DNA of 64,000 nt from assembly GCA_951406725.2 (NCBI GenBank), contig OX597817.1:100316001-100380000 (forward strand), in the 5' to 3' direction. The DNA is from Octopus vulgaris. Lineage: Eukaryota. Positions 27,175 to 41,136 of this stretch are shown one piece after another (the first letter of the stretch is position 1; every line of letters begins with the position of its first letter). The notes beneath the pieces are model-generated. The model worked only from the letters and a program-made list of their open reading frames with translations. It was not told the origin of the DNA and made no database searches. The position numbers and the translations under genes were made by a program.

Positions 27175-29005
27175 AAGAGAAATTATAGAAGGAACACATC
27201 TAGGTAATCAATACAAATTCCAAAGTATAATTTAAAGCACACAACGGAATAAATATACATATAAATTTATATAAATAAGTGAATAAAATTGCATGTAAAA
27301 CTATATGGAAACGAATGGAGAAATAACAAATAAAGAGACAAAAATCCAAGGTAAGTGCTTCCAAAAGGAACTGTTCCAATGAGTTAAGAATTTGATGTTT
27401 ATGTGAATTGTTGGATTAAAGTTCAAAATTTAAAAATTCAAGGGTAAATAAATTTGATAAAATTTATTAGATAAAATAAATATGCAAATTCGGGTAAAGG
27501 ATATCATCTACAGCCATTTCAATGTATAAGTGGCGTCTTAAGTATTCCATATACAAAAAACATAATGCTCCCCTCATCAGGATGGTTTCCTCCATGATGA
27601 AATCCTACATGATAGTTCTTTTTATTACCCACAAGGAGTGAATATAGAGGGCCTATACAAAAACATACAAAATGGAGACACAGACAGATGAAAACGAATG
27701 ATTTAATTAATGGGATGATAAAATGAAGTGAAGCCGCTCGTCCCCACATCCAGGCAACTCCATTTATCTTGTTTTACTTATTATAACTTTTAAAAATGTC
27801 TATAATATAATCATTAATAAGATCTTTATGACTCACCATCATTGGCAGACACCTGGTTTCAATTCTTTTCTACCAGTGCAACACATTGCTTCTATATTCT
27901 TTCAGTCTCATTGTGTATATTGTGTCTACTATTACACACTTATAGTGTGGGAGCACCTCTTTACAGCTTGCAGTGACTACTTCTATTTGTTTTGTCCAAC
28001 TGTTCACCTTTTTTAACAATTTGCCATTCTGTGCATTATTTTTTTTTTTTCTTCACAGGTTGGAGAGGTTGGGGAATTTAGGGCTCCTGTATGCTTGTGT
28101 TCATTTTGTTCATGTCAGGTGAGGCAAGGTGAGGTTTGGTGTCTGCAAGGGAAGGGTGGGACGGAGTTGGGCAGGTGTGGGATGGGAGTCTTTGTTCACA
28201 GTTTGTATCTTTTCCTCCTCTTTCTGCTCTTCCTTCCAATAATTTCCCATCCGTCCTTGGTTTTGTCTCCTCCTTCTTCCTCTGTACTTCTGTTAACCTT
28301 TGATGTTGGTGGAAGTGCAGTTTCTTTTATAGACACTGGTACTTCCTGAGGCTTTATGGGTGGTGGAGGGCATTCTACCCTAATGTGGCTTTTTTTGGCC
28401 ACATTTGTCACAACAAGGTGTCCTGCCCTGCACTCTAACCCTGAGTGTTATATCATCGACCGTTATGGCTCCCACCATCTCTACCAGATCTCCAAGTAAA
28501 ACAAAATAAATGAAGTTGCCTGGATGTGGGGATGAGCAGCTTCACTTCATTTTGTCATCCCATTAATTAAATCATTCGTTTTCATCTGTCTGTGTCCCCA
28601 CTTTGTATGTTTTTGTATAGTCCCTCTATATTCACTCCTTGTGGGTAATGAAAAAAAACTATCATGTAGGATTTCATCATGAAAGAAACCATCCTGATGA
28701 GGGGAGCATAATGTTTTTTGTATATGGAATACTTAAGATGCCACTTATACATTTAATGTACCCTTGAAATGGCTGTAGATGATATCCTTTACCCAAATTT
28801 GTATATTTATCTTATCTAATAAATTTTACCAAATTTATTTATCCCTGAATTTTAAAATTTTGAACTCTCATCTGACAATTCACATAAACATCAAATTCTT
28901 AATCAATTGGAACAGTTCCTTTTGGAAGCCCTTACCTTGGATTTTTGTCTCTTTATTTGTCACTTCTCCATTCGGTACCTGTGTTCCTTCTATAATTTCT
29001 CTTAT
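27175..29005. mobile_element. Fold-back element: ~500-bp inverted arms (27175-27780 / 28495-29005) carrying hammerheads
   Basis: Arms are clear reverse complements (e.g. ccccacatccaggcaact / agttgcctggatgtgggg), with a ~715-bp spacer. Confidence 0.88.
28690..28781 (+). ncRNA. Type I hammerhead ribozyme
   Basis: catc-CTGATGA-ggggagcat...atgtaccctt-GAAA-tggctg-TA-gatg. The stem I catc/gatg pairing is perfect. Confidence 0.7.
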
Positions 29006-29672
29006 GCATATTATACATATATATATGATTGTATCTATGTATGCCTGTTTGTGTGTTACTGTCTTCTTGCCTTGACATTGCATAATAGTTGTAAGCGAGT
29101 GTAACTGTTATGCAAGTGGTGTCCTGTGTTTCCAATCTTCTGTCAGGTAGTGGTGGCGCATACATGTGTACACACACACACACACACATACGCGCGCGCG
29201 CGTGCCTATGACTGTTGAAAGGAGAATCTGATGCTACATTATCCTTGAATTCGCACATACTTTTACCAGTTATTTGTATTTTCACTTTCATTTGCATAGA
29301 TTGACTTTTATTTTAGCGTGTATAATAGTTTGGTGAAAGAAATATATATTTAACTCTTTGTACTTATGTATTATAATATTCATTGACTGTTGAAAAGCTC
29401 TGCTGCTAAGGTATATAATTTTTTTTATGTAGATATATATACTGTTCTTTTGTTTGATTAATTCCTTGTTAAAATACTTGCATTTTCATTCAAAATCTGG
29501 ACAATTTAAGGTGTTGATTTGTGTAAGAGTACAGAAGTCACTTTAAATGAGTATTTTATGCAATTATGTCACCATTATAAATTAATTGTGAACACATATA
29601 TTTAATGGAAATACAGTTTTTAATGGGATTTAAAAAATATATGTGAATTTTTTGCACATTGCAAAGCATTAG

Positions 29673-30050
29673 ATTCCATCAAAAGTTTTGTTATTCATTA
29701 AATATTTTGGGGTGACTTATTCTAATAATTAGAAGCACAGACTGTTGTAAGTTGGTTTATCTGGAGGATGAAAAAGAATTATAGCTGTCATGGCATTAAA
29801 ACTCATTTTTATAAATGATCACTATAATTTTGGAAAATTAAAAGTGAGCATTTATATTTAACAAACATATAGTTTTTAAAGAGAGTCTTTAATTATGTGA
29901 ATCTTTCAGTCATTCGAAAGCTTCATATTCCATCAAAAATCTTGATATTCATTAAATATTTTGGTATGTCTTCTGTTAATAATCAGGAGCACAGACTGTT
30001 GGAAGTTGGTTTTACCTGGGGGTTTAAACTTATGAACTGCCACTATAATT
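29673..30050 (+). repeat. Diverged tandem duplication (~254-bp period)
   Basis: attccatcaaaa...attcattaaatattttgg...agcacagactgttg.aagttggttt...cactataatt occurs from 29673 and again from 29927. Confidence 0.75.
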
Positions 30051-30606
30051 CTGGAACCATCTTCTGCTACCAATACCACTTATAGTCATATTTTCAATGC
30101 TTTTACTTTTATTATTTCTACACATATTGTAATATCAGCTATTTTATTTTACAGCTTTGTATTTGGCTATCAAGATTAACTTTATTAATATTATTGAAAG
30201 ATTTTAGTGTTGCGTGAGTTCTTCACAAACTCTCTGGTTTTATTTCATTCCTTATTTGAACCATTTTACTTATATTTTTACAAGGAGAAGGCATGAATGT
30301 TATATCCATCAGCCTCTGCTCTCTTAAAAGTCTCAAATTTTATACCTATTTAAGAAATCATTATTGTTAGGTTTCATAAGTAGGTATAAAGCCTGAGATA
30401 ACAATTATTATTGTTATTTTATTGCTGCAGGAGATAAGGAGCAACTATATCTTTTGGTGAACTGACCTGGCAACAGTTTCAATTTCCAGTCTAAACTGTT
30501 CCAATTGTGCTAATGTCTTTTTACCCTGCCTTCAGCCTCTTGAATTTCTTACTTGTGTGAGAAACAACAACAGCAATAGCAGCTACTACTACTACTGCTG
30601 CTGCTG

Positions 30607-30664
<58 letters not shown>

Positions 30665-31152
30665 ATTGTCTTACACAAAGTTATTCTTTTTTCAATTTTA
30701 TATATTTTGACCTATTTCAATTCATCTAATTAGTTGCTCCAGATAACTCTAATGTTATGGTTGTGTGTGTGTATACACACACACACACACATATAATACT
30801 ACTAATCAAAACAATGGTATAGGAGAAATAAACAACTTTGAAAATGCACAGAGAATATATGATTTGTTTAAATCTTTACATGCATAGTGGGCCAAAAGTC
30901 ATGCACTGAATCATTTGACGTTATTATTATTGATCATTATGTACAAGTACATGTGTATTCCTCATTATTTTATTTATTTTATTCAGTTTTAGAAGAACTG
31001 AAGCATATCTTTCACAATTCCAGAGCATATTGTGTGTGACTTTTGGAGAGAGAGACACACACAAACACACACACGCTTTCACATTTGTTTATTTTAAAGA
31101 GTGTTTGTTATGAGGAATGTGGGGCTGTGTTACTAACTGTATCTTTTCTTGC

Positions 31153-31400
31153 AGTTGTTTTAAAAATTACGGAGATGTATTTGTATAGCAAGTGACCCTG
31201 ATCTGAGATTGTGTGCTGGAACAAAAACAATTGCAGCATGGAAGGTGTTTATAAGCCATTTAAGGAACACACAAAAGCCGTTAGATTCACTTCAACATTT
31301 AAATTTAGTTTGCCAAAATATTTTCGTCGCTTTGAAACCACGACCTGTTCACTGACAAAATTCCGTGCTGCATCTGAGAAAGTAACAGTTAGTTCATGAT
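31153..31400 (-). mobile_element. ~250-bp interspersed repeat with variant hammerhead; second copy at 60379-60620(+)
   Basis: Reverse complement of 60379-60620. Hammerhead-like fold at 31311-31357 on the minus strand. Confidence 0.8.
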
Positions 31401-31680
31401 ATATATGTACGTATGTATGTGTGCATGTATGTATGTATGTACATATATGTGCTTATGCATATGTGTACATGTGTATGCATGTGTGCATGCCTATACGCAT
31501 GTATGTATGTATGTACGTGTGTACTTATGTATGTACATGAGTATTTAGTTAAGTGTGTAGACATGTCTGTATGTGTGTGTACATGTGTATGTACATGTGA
31601 ATGTATGTTTATGTACTGATATGTGTCTGTTCAAGTTGTATACATGACTGTTACTTTGTTGAAGGTTGTATACACACATC

Positions 31681-31870
31681 TCTATATATATAAACGGCAA
31701 AATGTCTGTGTGTGTGTGTCCTTTATATAAATCCACAATTTTTCAGTTAGAGGGCTCGCACTTTCTATGGTCATTCAAAACCATCCAAGGGTGGTCGTGC
31801 ACATCTTTACATTTCCCCAGTCACCCTGCAAAGCCATTAAAAAATCAATAGAAGTGACTTTTTGTGAATT
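31681..31870 (+). mobile_element. 5' fragment of a Helitron-like element
   Basis: TCTATATATATAAA start followed by a (GT)n tract, as in the other Helitrons. No CTAG end seen. Confidence 0.45.
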
Positions 31871-32492
31871 TTCTATCCATACTGTGGGTATTTGACCCGT
31901 TGCCCCACCCCCTCCATCTTCCAATGTTTTAAACCCTCTACCCCCATCGCCACCATTTTTCTTATTTGTTTTTTTTTAATCTTTTCTTTCTTTTCCTTTC
32001 TCTTTCCTGTTTTTTTTTTCCATAAACATCTCCTCTTTACCAATAAGATAGTAACTGATCACACAACTACTGAAGGCTAAAACAGCCCTAAATTTAGATG
32101 CCACCCTCACTTTTCATTGCTGTTAATCTAACTTTCATATGACGTGTCTACTGGAAAGCTTTAATATGACATTCTTGTGTGGTAATCACATGACATAAAT
32201 ACATATATGTTGTGGAAAACTAACAGAAAATTCCCTTACTTCACCATGTGACCATCCTCAACCAATCAACCTGTATGTTAATAAGGATCTGAGCTTTATT
32301 ATATCTCTAAAATTTAGCGATTTCTAAAACAACCACCGGGAAAGATACAGTTTGTAACACAGCTCAACATTCATCATAACAAACACTCTTGTAATTAATA
32401 AATGTGAAACTGGTTAAATGTGTGTGTATCTTTTAAGATTTAAATAAATCTTCATATATTCTCTGTGCATATTCAACCTTATTTATTTGTTT

Positions 32493-32562
<70 letters not shown>

Positions 32563-32999
32563 ATGTGTATCATATAATTTTACATATTCTTTTAGTTGAT
32601 TAGTTCTTTCAATTAAAAGTAAACACTTATACATTTAGTTCAGAATTGTTATCAATATTTCTTTATTATTTATGGCTTTTATACTAAATTTAAATGCAAT
32701 CGCAATTACTTTAAATTTTACAATCTATTTGTTTATTTTGACCTATTTTGAAATCCTATCAAAATTAGTCAGTGAAAATATCCTCAAATTAATTCATAAA
32801 AATCATTTGTAAAAAGCGGGTGATAAAATCAGGCTTTAAGTTTCCAGAATGAAATACAGGCATTAGTAGTTAGACTAACAAGAAATTCTAATAACAAAGA
32901 GTGACACAATCCAATTTATAATTAACAAAGAAAAAAGGCTAATGCATAGATCTAACAGAAGCTTTTTAAGATTTTATATATTTTAATCATTACAATTAC

Positions 33000-34100
33000 C
33001 ATCATTTTGGCATCTATTGTTTCAAGTTAGCAGAGGTTTATTGCTGCTGCATATAGGTACTTGTCTCAAATTTTGATCTGAAAGGTCTTGTATCTCAAGA
33101 AGATCTAATCTTATAACTTTACCTTATGTTTTCTTCAGTTTTTGTCTCAAGTACCCTCCATTGATTATACAGGGTACTTTTTGCACTCATTATTCACAAC
33201 CTATTAGTATCTCAGATCTCTCTCCTGCATAGCTTGGTTTTGTTTTTAATATCCAGTCACTCTCAACTCACTTGTGCTTTGCTTTTTATATAGGTTGACA
33301 TGTCTGTCTAGCAGATTGTTTCTTCTCTTGTTTATTGTTTTCACTGACTTCCTACATTAAATCTCCTGTCTTCCTGCCATACTATATCATACTTCTTACC
33401 TTGTGTTTTTAGAGAAAAAGCTATTTATTACTGACTGAAATAGTAGTACCATGAACTTTAACCATTCATATTTTTGGATGGCATCCTAAAGGAAACTATT
33501 CAGCTGATTGACAAAGATTCATTCATAAACACTGTTGTTTTCTCTCTGCTTCTTCTGCTGTTATTATAGCCTGTTCCATGGGGTAGCTAACAAGTGCATA
33601 AACTTCATTTCCTACTGTTAATAAGTCCTGTACTTCTCCACCTCTAGTTGTTTGTCTGTGAGAGATCCTGCTGCATCTTTTAGATTCCTATTGTTTTAGT
33701 GCATAATAAGGAGCTGCTCCTTTCCTCCAAATCAAACAAGGTTACTTTAGAGAATACAGTGGGATTTCATGGTGACTGTTACTTATTCCAGATCTGGCAC
33801 TTTGTCTGCAATTTGTCAACAGCATTTAAATGTCCAAAAGGACCACTACTCCTGGACTTTTATGCTATAGTCTCAAGAACTGTAATGAATAAAAGGAGCC
33901 TGAAATTAGATCTTATATGAACATCTATTTGTACATGAAGTACCTCACAAAAACTTGCTTACAACACTTTTTCAATGTTTTGAATGGCTTAAACACATTA
34001 TCAACTTACACCTAAATTTGTTAATTTTCACCAAACTCCAGAACATAGGGCCCTGTAAAAAATCTTTTGTTTATGGATGAATATAAAATATAAAAAACAT
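33000..34100 (-). mobile_element. Highly decayed LINE ORF2 remnant
   Basis: Minus-strand KSPG-like motif near 33850 within a long stretch that is A-rich on the minus strand. No intact ORF. Confidence 0.35.
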
Positions 34101-34494
34101 TCTTCACAAAGAATTTTTCTTGCAGTTATATCATTAGAAATATAGCCTCTATAGTTTCATATCATTGTACAAATTCAAACTGCATCTTATCACAGCTATT
34201 TCTATCCTATACTAACTTTCCTAAGACTGTGTCAACTATTTTGTATTTGTTTTCTTGCAGTACTTGATTAACTAAATGAATGATGAGCATTTAACCTAAC
34301 TGCTGGATCTGCTGATTCTCCTACAACCAGCTAACCTCGATACTTGGCTTCTCTATTGGTTTCACTTATGGTATTCCTTAATCACTAAACCACCCAATAA
34401 TGAACCAATGAGGGAACTTTCATTCAATTGCGTGAACTTCTAGAAATAGCTGCTAAATCTCCCTGGAACTACTTCCTACTTTCTTTTATCCTTT

Positions 34495-34858
34495 ACTTTT
34501 TTTAATCGTTGGACTATAGCCATGCTGGGGCACTGCCTTGAAGGGTTTAGTCTAACAAATCAACCTCAGTATTTATTTTGAAGCCTGGTACTTATTCTGT
34601 TTGTCTCGTTTTCATCTGCTAAGTTATGGGGATATAAACAATCAAGACTAGTTGTCAAGGAATGGTGGGGAACAAACACAAAGACACACACACACAGATA
34701 TATACATATGATGGACTTCTTCCATCTATCAAACCCATTCACAAGGTTTTTGTTGTCCTGGGGCTATAAAATACTTGCCCAAGTGCTATGTGATGTGAGA
34801 GAACCTGGAAGCATGTGGTTGGGAAGCAAACTTCTTACCACACAATCATGCCTGCACC
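34495..34858 (-). mobile_element. Older SINE family 1 copy
   Basis: gccatgctggggcactgcc...ggtacttattct...cttaccacacaatcatgcctgcacc matches family 1 in reverse. Confidence 0.7.
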
Positions 34859-37691
34859 TATTGAAAGTTGTAAGGAGACAGTTTAGGTACAATTGGAATA
34901 TTGGTTGAATGATACAAAGTTAACAGAAAAGATACAGATCAACTCCAACAGCCAAAAGATAATATATAAATATCAAGATAGGGTACAGCATCATAACATA
35001 AGGCTTATAGCATTTACAAACATGTAAAATATTAAAAAAACTCACTAAAAATAAACATTTATGGTTCTATTAAAACCCTTTGTTCTGACTACAGCTTTAT
35101 GACTTCACTGTTCAACAACAAAAGTTGTCAGCATATTGAAACCTAAGAGACATCACATGAAATGCACAACAATCAAAGAAGACAACATACACCATGTTAC
35201 CATAACTGAAATATTACAGTTATGTTATAAAGAGTGTAAAAAAAACACTTTTATGGAACTAAAATATTTTATCCTCATATGCAAATATTTACATGAAATA
35301 AACCACAAACCTCAGCTTCTTTTCTCACTAGATAATTGACTGTCTCATTCTTGTCTAACTTTTTTTTATATTGTTCTTCATTATTCTTAACTTTTAAAAG
35401 TTCTAAATACTGTACTCTTCTACTTTTATGTCATCCATTACTGGTTGGTTCACCTGTATAACTGGTTTGTAACAGGTTGTCCTTCAGGCATACTCACATC
35501 TACTTTGTGCTTTTGATCTCTTTCACATCTAAACAGACACTATCTGGTACTGATTTAGAGTTTGAATGTTTTATGTAACAGAAGGATAATCTAACTTCCA
35601 AAATCATACTTTTACTTTTATTTCTGAAGTTTCCTTATACTCAGTCTAAAGTTTCTCCCCACTAACCTATGTATGTGTTTGTGTGATGAGGATGATTTCT
35701 CACTAAAATGAGATATAATGTCCACAACCATCTGCCTGTTTTGTTTTTTGGTAAGTTTAAAGTCAATCTGTCTCCATGCAGTACATAAGCATAGAATCAA
35801 TGTATGTATGTTCCATACACAACAGTGTTCTCATCTTGCTGGCTGGACTATCGAAATTTCAAATTATTATCTTGAAGTAGATTACACAAGTGCTTCATAG
35901 AACTAGTCCTCTTGCTCATTTATTTATTCTATTGTGGGTCATAAGCAGAAATCACATTACCTATTATTATCCTGACTCATTACTCTATCTTGGCTTTAAC
36001 TGCTCTGGCATATCTACTTCTCTCTTAAAAGTATATGCCTGCAGAACATACTTGTGGAAGTCTGACTGAAATACCTCTGCATCTTACATAAACATTTGCT
36101 CACTTACCAGTTCTCTCACTAGACCTACTTTTTATCTAAACCTAGTGGTAGATATAGAATTAGATACTTGACTAATCCCATTAACTCTTGCACTATGGGA
36201 TTGTTTGATGACAGTTGAGGGTTGCTTAGATGTGACATCATGTGTTCTATAAACTGTACAACTTATAAAATATCTCTTGACATCATTGGTGCTACAAAAT
36301 GAAGTGGTGTATTGCATGATTAAATAGGATTTTTGTTTTTGACTGGATGTCTCTCCTGTTGTCAAAATGAACCAATTGTATTTCTCATGTCACAGTCATG
36401 TAGTGAAGCTGATTTGCAGAACATGCTTAACTAAAGGACACACTCTTAATGTTTGTAATGGCATTTAGATAGACATTTAGTAAAATACTGTTTCTTGTAG
36501 ATTTTAAGGGTGCACTAATTAATCTAGAAACAGTATGAGTGAGTCCATTTTGAATGATAAATATCAATTGTAAATTCATTTCAGTGTTAAATGTATTAAT
36601 AAAAGCCTATTTGTGTGGCAGTAGAGAAGAGACAAGGTTTGGTGAGCCAAGTTGGTAACTTGCTTTTTATTCATAGTTGTATCTAATTTATTTTATATGC
36701 ATTGGCAGAAGCTTTTAGGAATACTTCTCATTCTCTCATGCAAAATTGATTTGTTGTATGTATATAAGAAATGTCTTTGTTATTGGAGTCTTTTTATCTC
36801 AGGTTCTTCTAATCTCATATTTGCTGTATTATCAGTATGACAGGCAACGAAAATATTAAAATTAATCTCTTAGCATGATGTCATCCCAATTTAGACATCT
36901 GTATATTCTCAGAAATGTTGTTCTGATTAAACAAAGCTCTTATTGGCAGTAACAGAGATTGTTAGAAATACTTCTCTTCATCTTGTTTAGGATCTGGTAT
37001 TAGTGTTATCCATGCTATTTGTTAAATCTTGAGCTTTTAATTATTGGTTTCTGTTATTATATTACTTTAAGTTCCTTCCTTTTGTTTTGGGGTTTTTACT
37101 ATGTTTTGTGTATTTTGTTGTAACAGTTTCTCTTTTATGTCATTTCCATGAAAATAAATTCCAAGGTGTTCAAAGGTAGTCAAATTAGATATAGTATGTT
37201 ATATTTCTAATCCAATTGAAGTTGCATTTGATATATTATTGTTCGGTAACTATTGTGCTTACTTTTTATTTAACATGTAATAACTCTTAGAGTAGTCTCA
37301 ATCCTGATAAGTGTTTAGTAAATTCATTTGTTAGTGCTTTCCTAATCAGGATTAGTACTTAATAATCTTAATGTTAATTAACATGCAATAATCCTAATTA
37401 TGACTGTTGTTTTAAGGGGAACATAGTATTTCTTTAAAATAAATTTTTCTAGATTAAAAATACTGGTGTTATTGTAGTAGTTATTTAACCACATTAAAAT
37501 TCCCTGTAACATTTCTAATTTAAACTATTTCTATTTCTATCAGTGTGGTCCCACACTTCTTTTATAACATGTAAATCTATATTTTGCAACTTTGAAATCC
37601 AGTATCTAATCTGAAATTACTACCATTGATTTTGCTAGCTTTATGTAAACTTTTGTGTGTGTATGTGTGTATGCACACACACACACACACA

Positions 37692-37728
<37 letters not shown>

Positions 37729-38719
37729 TTTCTTGTTCGTGTATAAATAACAGGGTATTAACTTGGGATGCAAATTTAGCCATTATCAATAGAGCATTAT
37801 CTAACAAGACTATATTATTAAACTTCATAGATTGTTACTATTATTATTTCTTGTACTGCTTCTGACAATTATGCTGTTAGCTGCTATGCTATTTACAATG
37901 AAGTGATGAATTCTTCTAATACCTATAAATAGCCTAAATCTTTAAAAAAGGGTTTTATATTTCTTATTTAAAATTAGCTTTCATTTACCTTCATCTGGAT
38001 GGTTGTTGTTGGGTAGCTGAGGTCAGCATTGATTGAGCAAACTTGGGTGATCCACAAACAGATCAAGTTACAGTATGCTTTCTGAACTTCTGTCATCTTT
38101 TGACTGCTTATGTGGATTGGTGTTGTCTGTTGGCTGGCTGGATGAAGCCGATTTTCATACATAAGTCTTTTACGATTTTATTAATCTCATCAGTTTTGAG
38201 AACCAATTCAAATGAACAAGAAGGAATGCAATTTTGTTCTGTTAAAGATAATTTTAAATCATAAAAGATACTAATTAGACATTTTCTGTTCTGTATCTAA
38301 ATTTTTAATATCACATGAAACCTTTTTACAAAGCAAGTAGTTTTGAGTTTCTTATTAAGGGGCACAAAACATTGCAGAATGACACAGACTAAAGAATCAA
38401 GAGGTTGATGATGTAACCTTTTCATGGTCACCATGGTTATAGTTTCAAAACTTAGACAGCTTAAGCTAATATGTATTGTTTTTCAATATAATAAATATTT
38501 TGGGAGTGTTAACTAACTAAAATATGTTACCATTTACATGAGATTTTCATTGAAATTTTATTTTGAATATGAACACTTTTATATGGTGGTGGTGGGGTCT
38601 CAGGCAGTTTATTATTAAAGGAATTAATCAATTCTTGTACTCCTGCTGCAACAACAATAACAACAACAACAACAACATCAACTATTATTATTACTATTAC
38701 CGTCATCATTATCATTATT

Positions 38720-38900
38720 AAGGTGGTGGGCAGGTGGAATTGTTAGCATGCTGGATAAAATGTTTTGTGGGATTTCTTCCATTTTCATGTTCTGAGTTTG
38801 AATTCTACTAAGGTCAGCCCTTTAGGGCCAGTGAAATAAGTACCAGCTGAGCACTAGGGTCAGTGTAATTGATCAGCATCCTCCCAACAAATTTCAGGCT
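38720..38900 (+). mobile_element. tRNA-derived SINE (family 2, Meta-domain-like)
   Basis: B-box-like gagtttgaattc followed by aaggtc...aataagtaccag.tgagcact.gggtc. Reverse copies near 39355-39570, 40455-40667, 40685-40868 and 63550-63700. Confidence 0.65.
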
Positions 38901-39572
38901 ATGTTGTTATTATTAATCATTTTATTGTATAAAATCACTTTTGTAAGATTGTGCATTCATTGGAGCTGAAAAAAAAAAACAGTGGACAAAACATATTTTA
39001 TCACATATTCATATGTTACTGTATAAAAAAATTCACTTAACCTTGGGGCATCACATATCTACGAGTACTTTCTATATAGTGAATGTACCAGGAATAAGTA
39101 CACTACATCCCAGTGGGATCCTGACTTGTTGCATAAGACATAAAGATTCACTTTAAAGAAAGTAATATTAATAGTAATTATTTCTAACAATGGGACAGGA
39201 TTTGAACTCAGTTGGTGAAGAACCATGCCCCAGCATGGCCACAGCTTGTGAGCTGAAACTAGATGAAATAAAAAAAAAATGTCAAAGGTATTTTGATTTA
39301 TGCACTAATGATTCTGACCACCCATCACCTTTAACAGCAACAACAAAAATAACAATTTCTCATTGTGGCACAAGACCATCAATTTTTGAGGGTAGGTGAT
39401 TAGTCAATTACATTAATCCATTTCTTAATTAGTACTTTATTTTATTGATCCTGGAGAGATGACAGGCAGATTTTACCTCAGCAGGATTTGAACTCGGAAC
39501 ATAAAGTGCCAGAATGGATACTGTAAGACATTTTTTCTGAGGCTCCAATCATTCTGTCAATCTGCTGTCAAC

Positions 39573-39610
<38 letters not shown>

Positions 39611-39624
39611 GACTTATATCTTAA

Positions 39625-39861
39625 CCCTTTAGCATTTAAACTAGCTGTATCTGGCCAAAATATTCTATTTGTTTTAAGTTCAAGCTGGCCAGATGTGGCA
39701 TCTCACACCAACCGTGCAGTATCATTCCAGAAATTCATATTTACCCCATCAAAATCTCAAAGCTACAAGATAATGCTTGATTAAATCAAACCAATACAAA
39801 TAAATATGCATTACTTCTTCTTATTTTTTAGTATTCATAGAATAATGTGAATACTAAAGGG
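39625..39861. mobile_element. piggyBac-type MITE
   Basis: TTAA|ccctttagcatt...aatactaaaggg|TTAA. Copies at 45978-46195 and 63707-~63922. Confidence 0.88.
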
Positions 39862-40299
39862 TTAAGCATATTATCCAGGTCTTTTGAATGAGAGGTACAG
39901 TCAATTAAATCTATTACATTCTCTTCTAAAATTGACTGATATATATTTTTCAATGATAGGAACTTTGAAATGGTGAAAGGTAATGTTGACTCCTTGAATA
40001 CTGGATTTGAATTCAGAATAAATGAGCCCTTTTGCTGCCATATTTCTGTTTAAATACACAGCTATTGTTTCAGTTAATTTTGAAAATAATGAAGAATTTA
40101 GTAAATTAACTTCTTTATTATTAAGTTGATATTTGGAACATAAATTACTGTGTTATCTTGATGGAAAATATCAATTTAGATAATTCTAAAATAGCAAATT
40201 TGTAAGGGAGTTGATATCAAAAGGCTTAATACTGCAAGTAGCCTAGTATTTTCACCAGACATTTCAGATTCATTTTACTGCTTCTGCTGTTCACCTCCC

Positions 40300-40393
<94 letters not shown>

Positions 40394-40452
40394 AACAACA
40401 ACAACAACAACAACAGCAGCAGCAACAACAACAACAACAATGATGATAATAA
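40300..40452. repeat. Compound (AAT)n(CAA)n(CAG)n microsatellite
   Basis: Directly visible. Other simple repeats lie at 1597-1641, 13900-14160, 15175-15302, 30565-30664, 31400-31620, 40875-40977 and 61975-62018. Confidence 0.95.
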
Positions 40453-40454
40453 TC

Positions 40455-40868
40455 CTTTCTACTATAGGCACAAAACCTGAAATTTTGGAGGTGGGGAATA
40501 GTCAATTACATTGACCCCAGTGCTTAACTGGTACTTATTTTATTGACCCCCAAAAAATGAAAGGCAAAGTTGACCTCAGCAGAATTTGAACTTAGAATGT
40601 AAAACTGGAAGAAATGCTGCTAAGCATTTTCTCTAGTCTAGTAACAATTCTGCCAGCTCACTGCCTTTTGTAATAATTACAATGGTTTCAAATTTTTACA
40701 CAAGGCCAGCAATTTCAGGGGAGGAGAGTAAGTCAGTTACATCAAAACTGGTACTTTTTTTTATCAAACCTGAAAGAATGAAAGGTAAAAATCAACACCA
40801 GCAGCATCTGAACTCAGAATATAAAGCATTTCGTCCAGTGTGCTAATGACTCTGCCAGCACACTGCCT
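40455..40868 (-). mobile_element. Two tandem SINE family 2 copies
   Basis: Minus strand gttcaaattctgctgaggtcaactttgcctttcat...gtcaataaaataagtaccag resembles the MetaSINE central domain. Both copies start aaggcagtg. They are flanked by (AAT)n/(CAA)n/(ACT)n tracts. Confidence 0.7.
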
Positions 40869-40875
40869 TTTATTA

Positions 40876-40977
<102 letters not shown>

Positions 40978-41118
40978 ACTCATTGACCAATACCAAACTT
41001 TGTTGGGTTGGAATGTATCTTGCTCTGGAATCACTCTATGTGTATTTATCATCAATCCAATACTAATAACGTGTCCAGATCTAATGATGTTCTTTTTCTT
41101 TCTGCTGTCCTTCCACAG

Positions 41119-41136
41119 TTGAACAGCCAATATATC
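41119..41136 (+). CDS. Candidate 18-nt cassette microexon (LNSQYI) of the demethylase gene
   Basis: tctttttctttctgctgtccttccacag|TTGAACAGCCAATATATC|gtgagt, with branch-point-like tactaat at 41061. Frame-preserving inside the phase-0 intron. Confidence 0.55.

Noticed and set aside
35683-35730. gtgatga-ggat...gtcc hammerhead-like stretch
   Set aside because: No GAAA and the 3-8 pair is broken; too degenerate to call.
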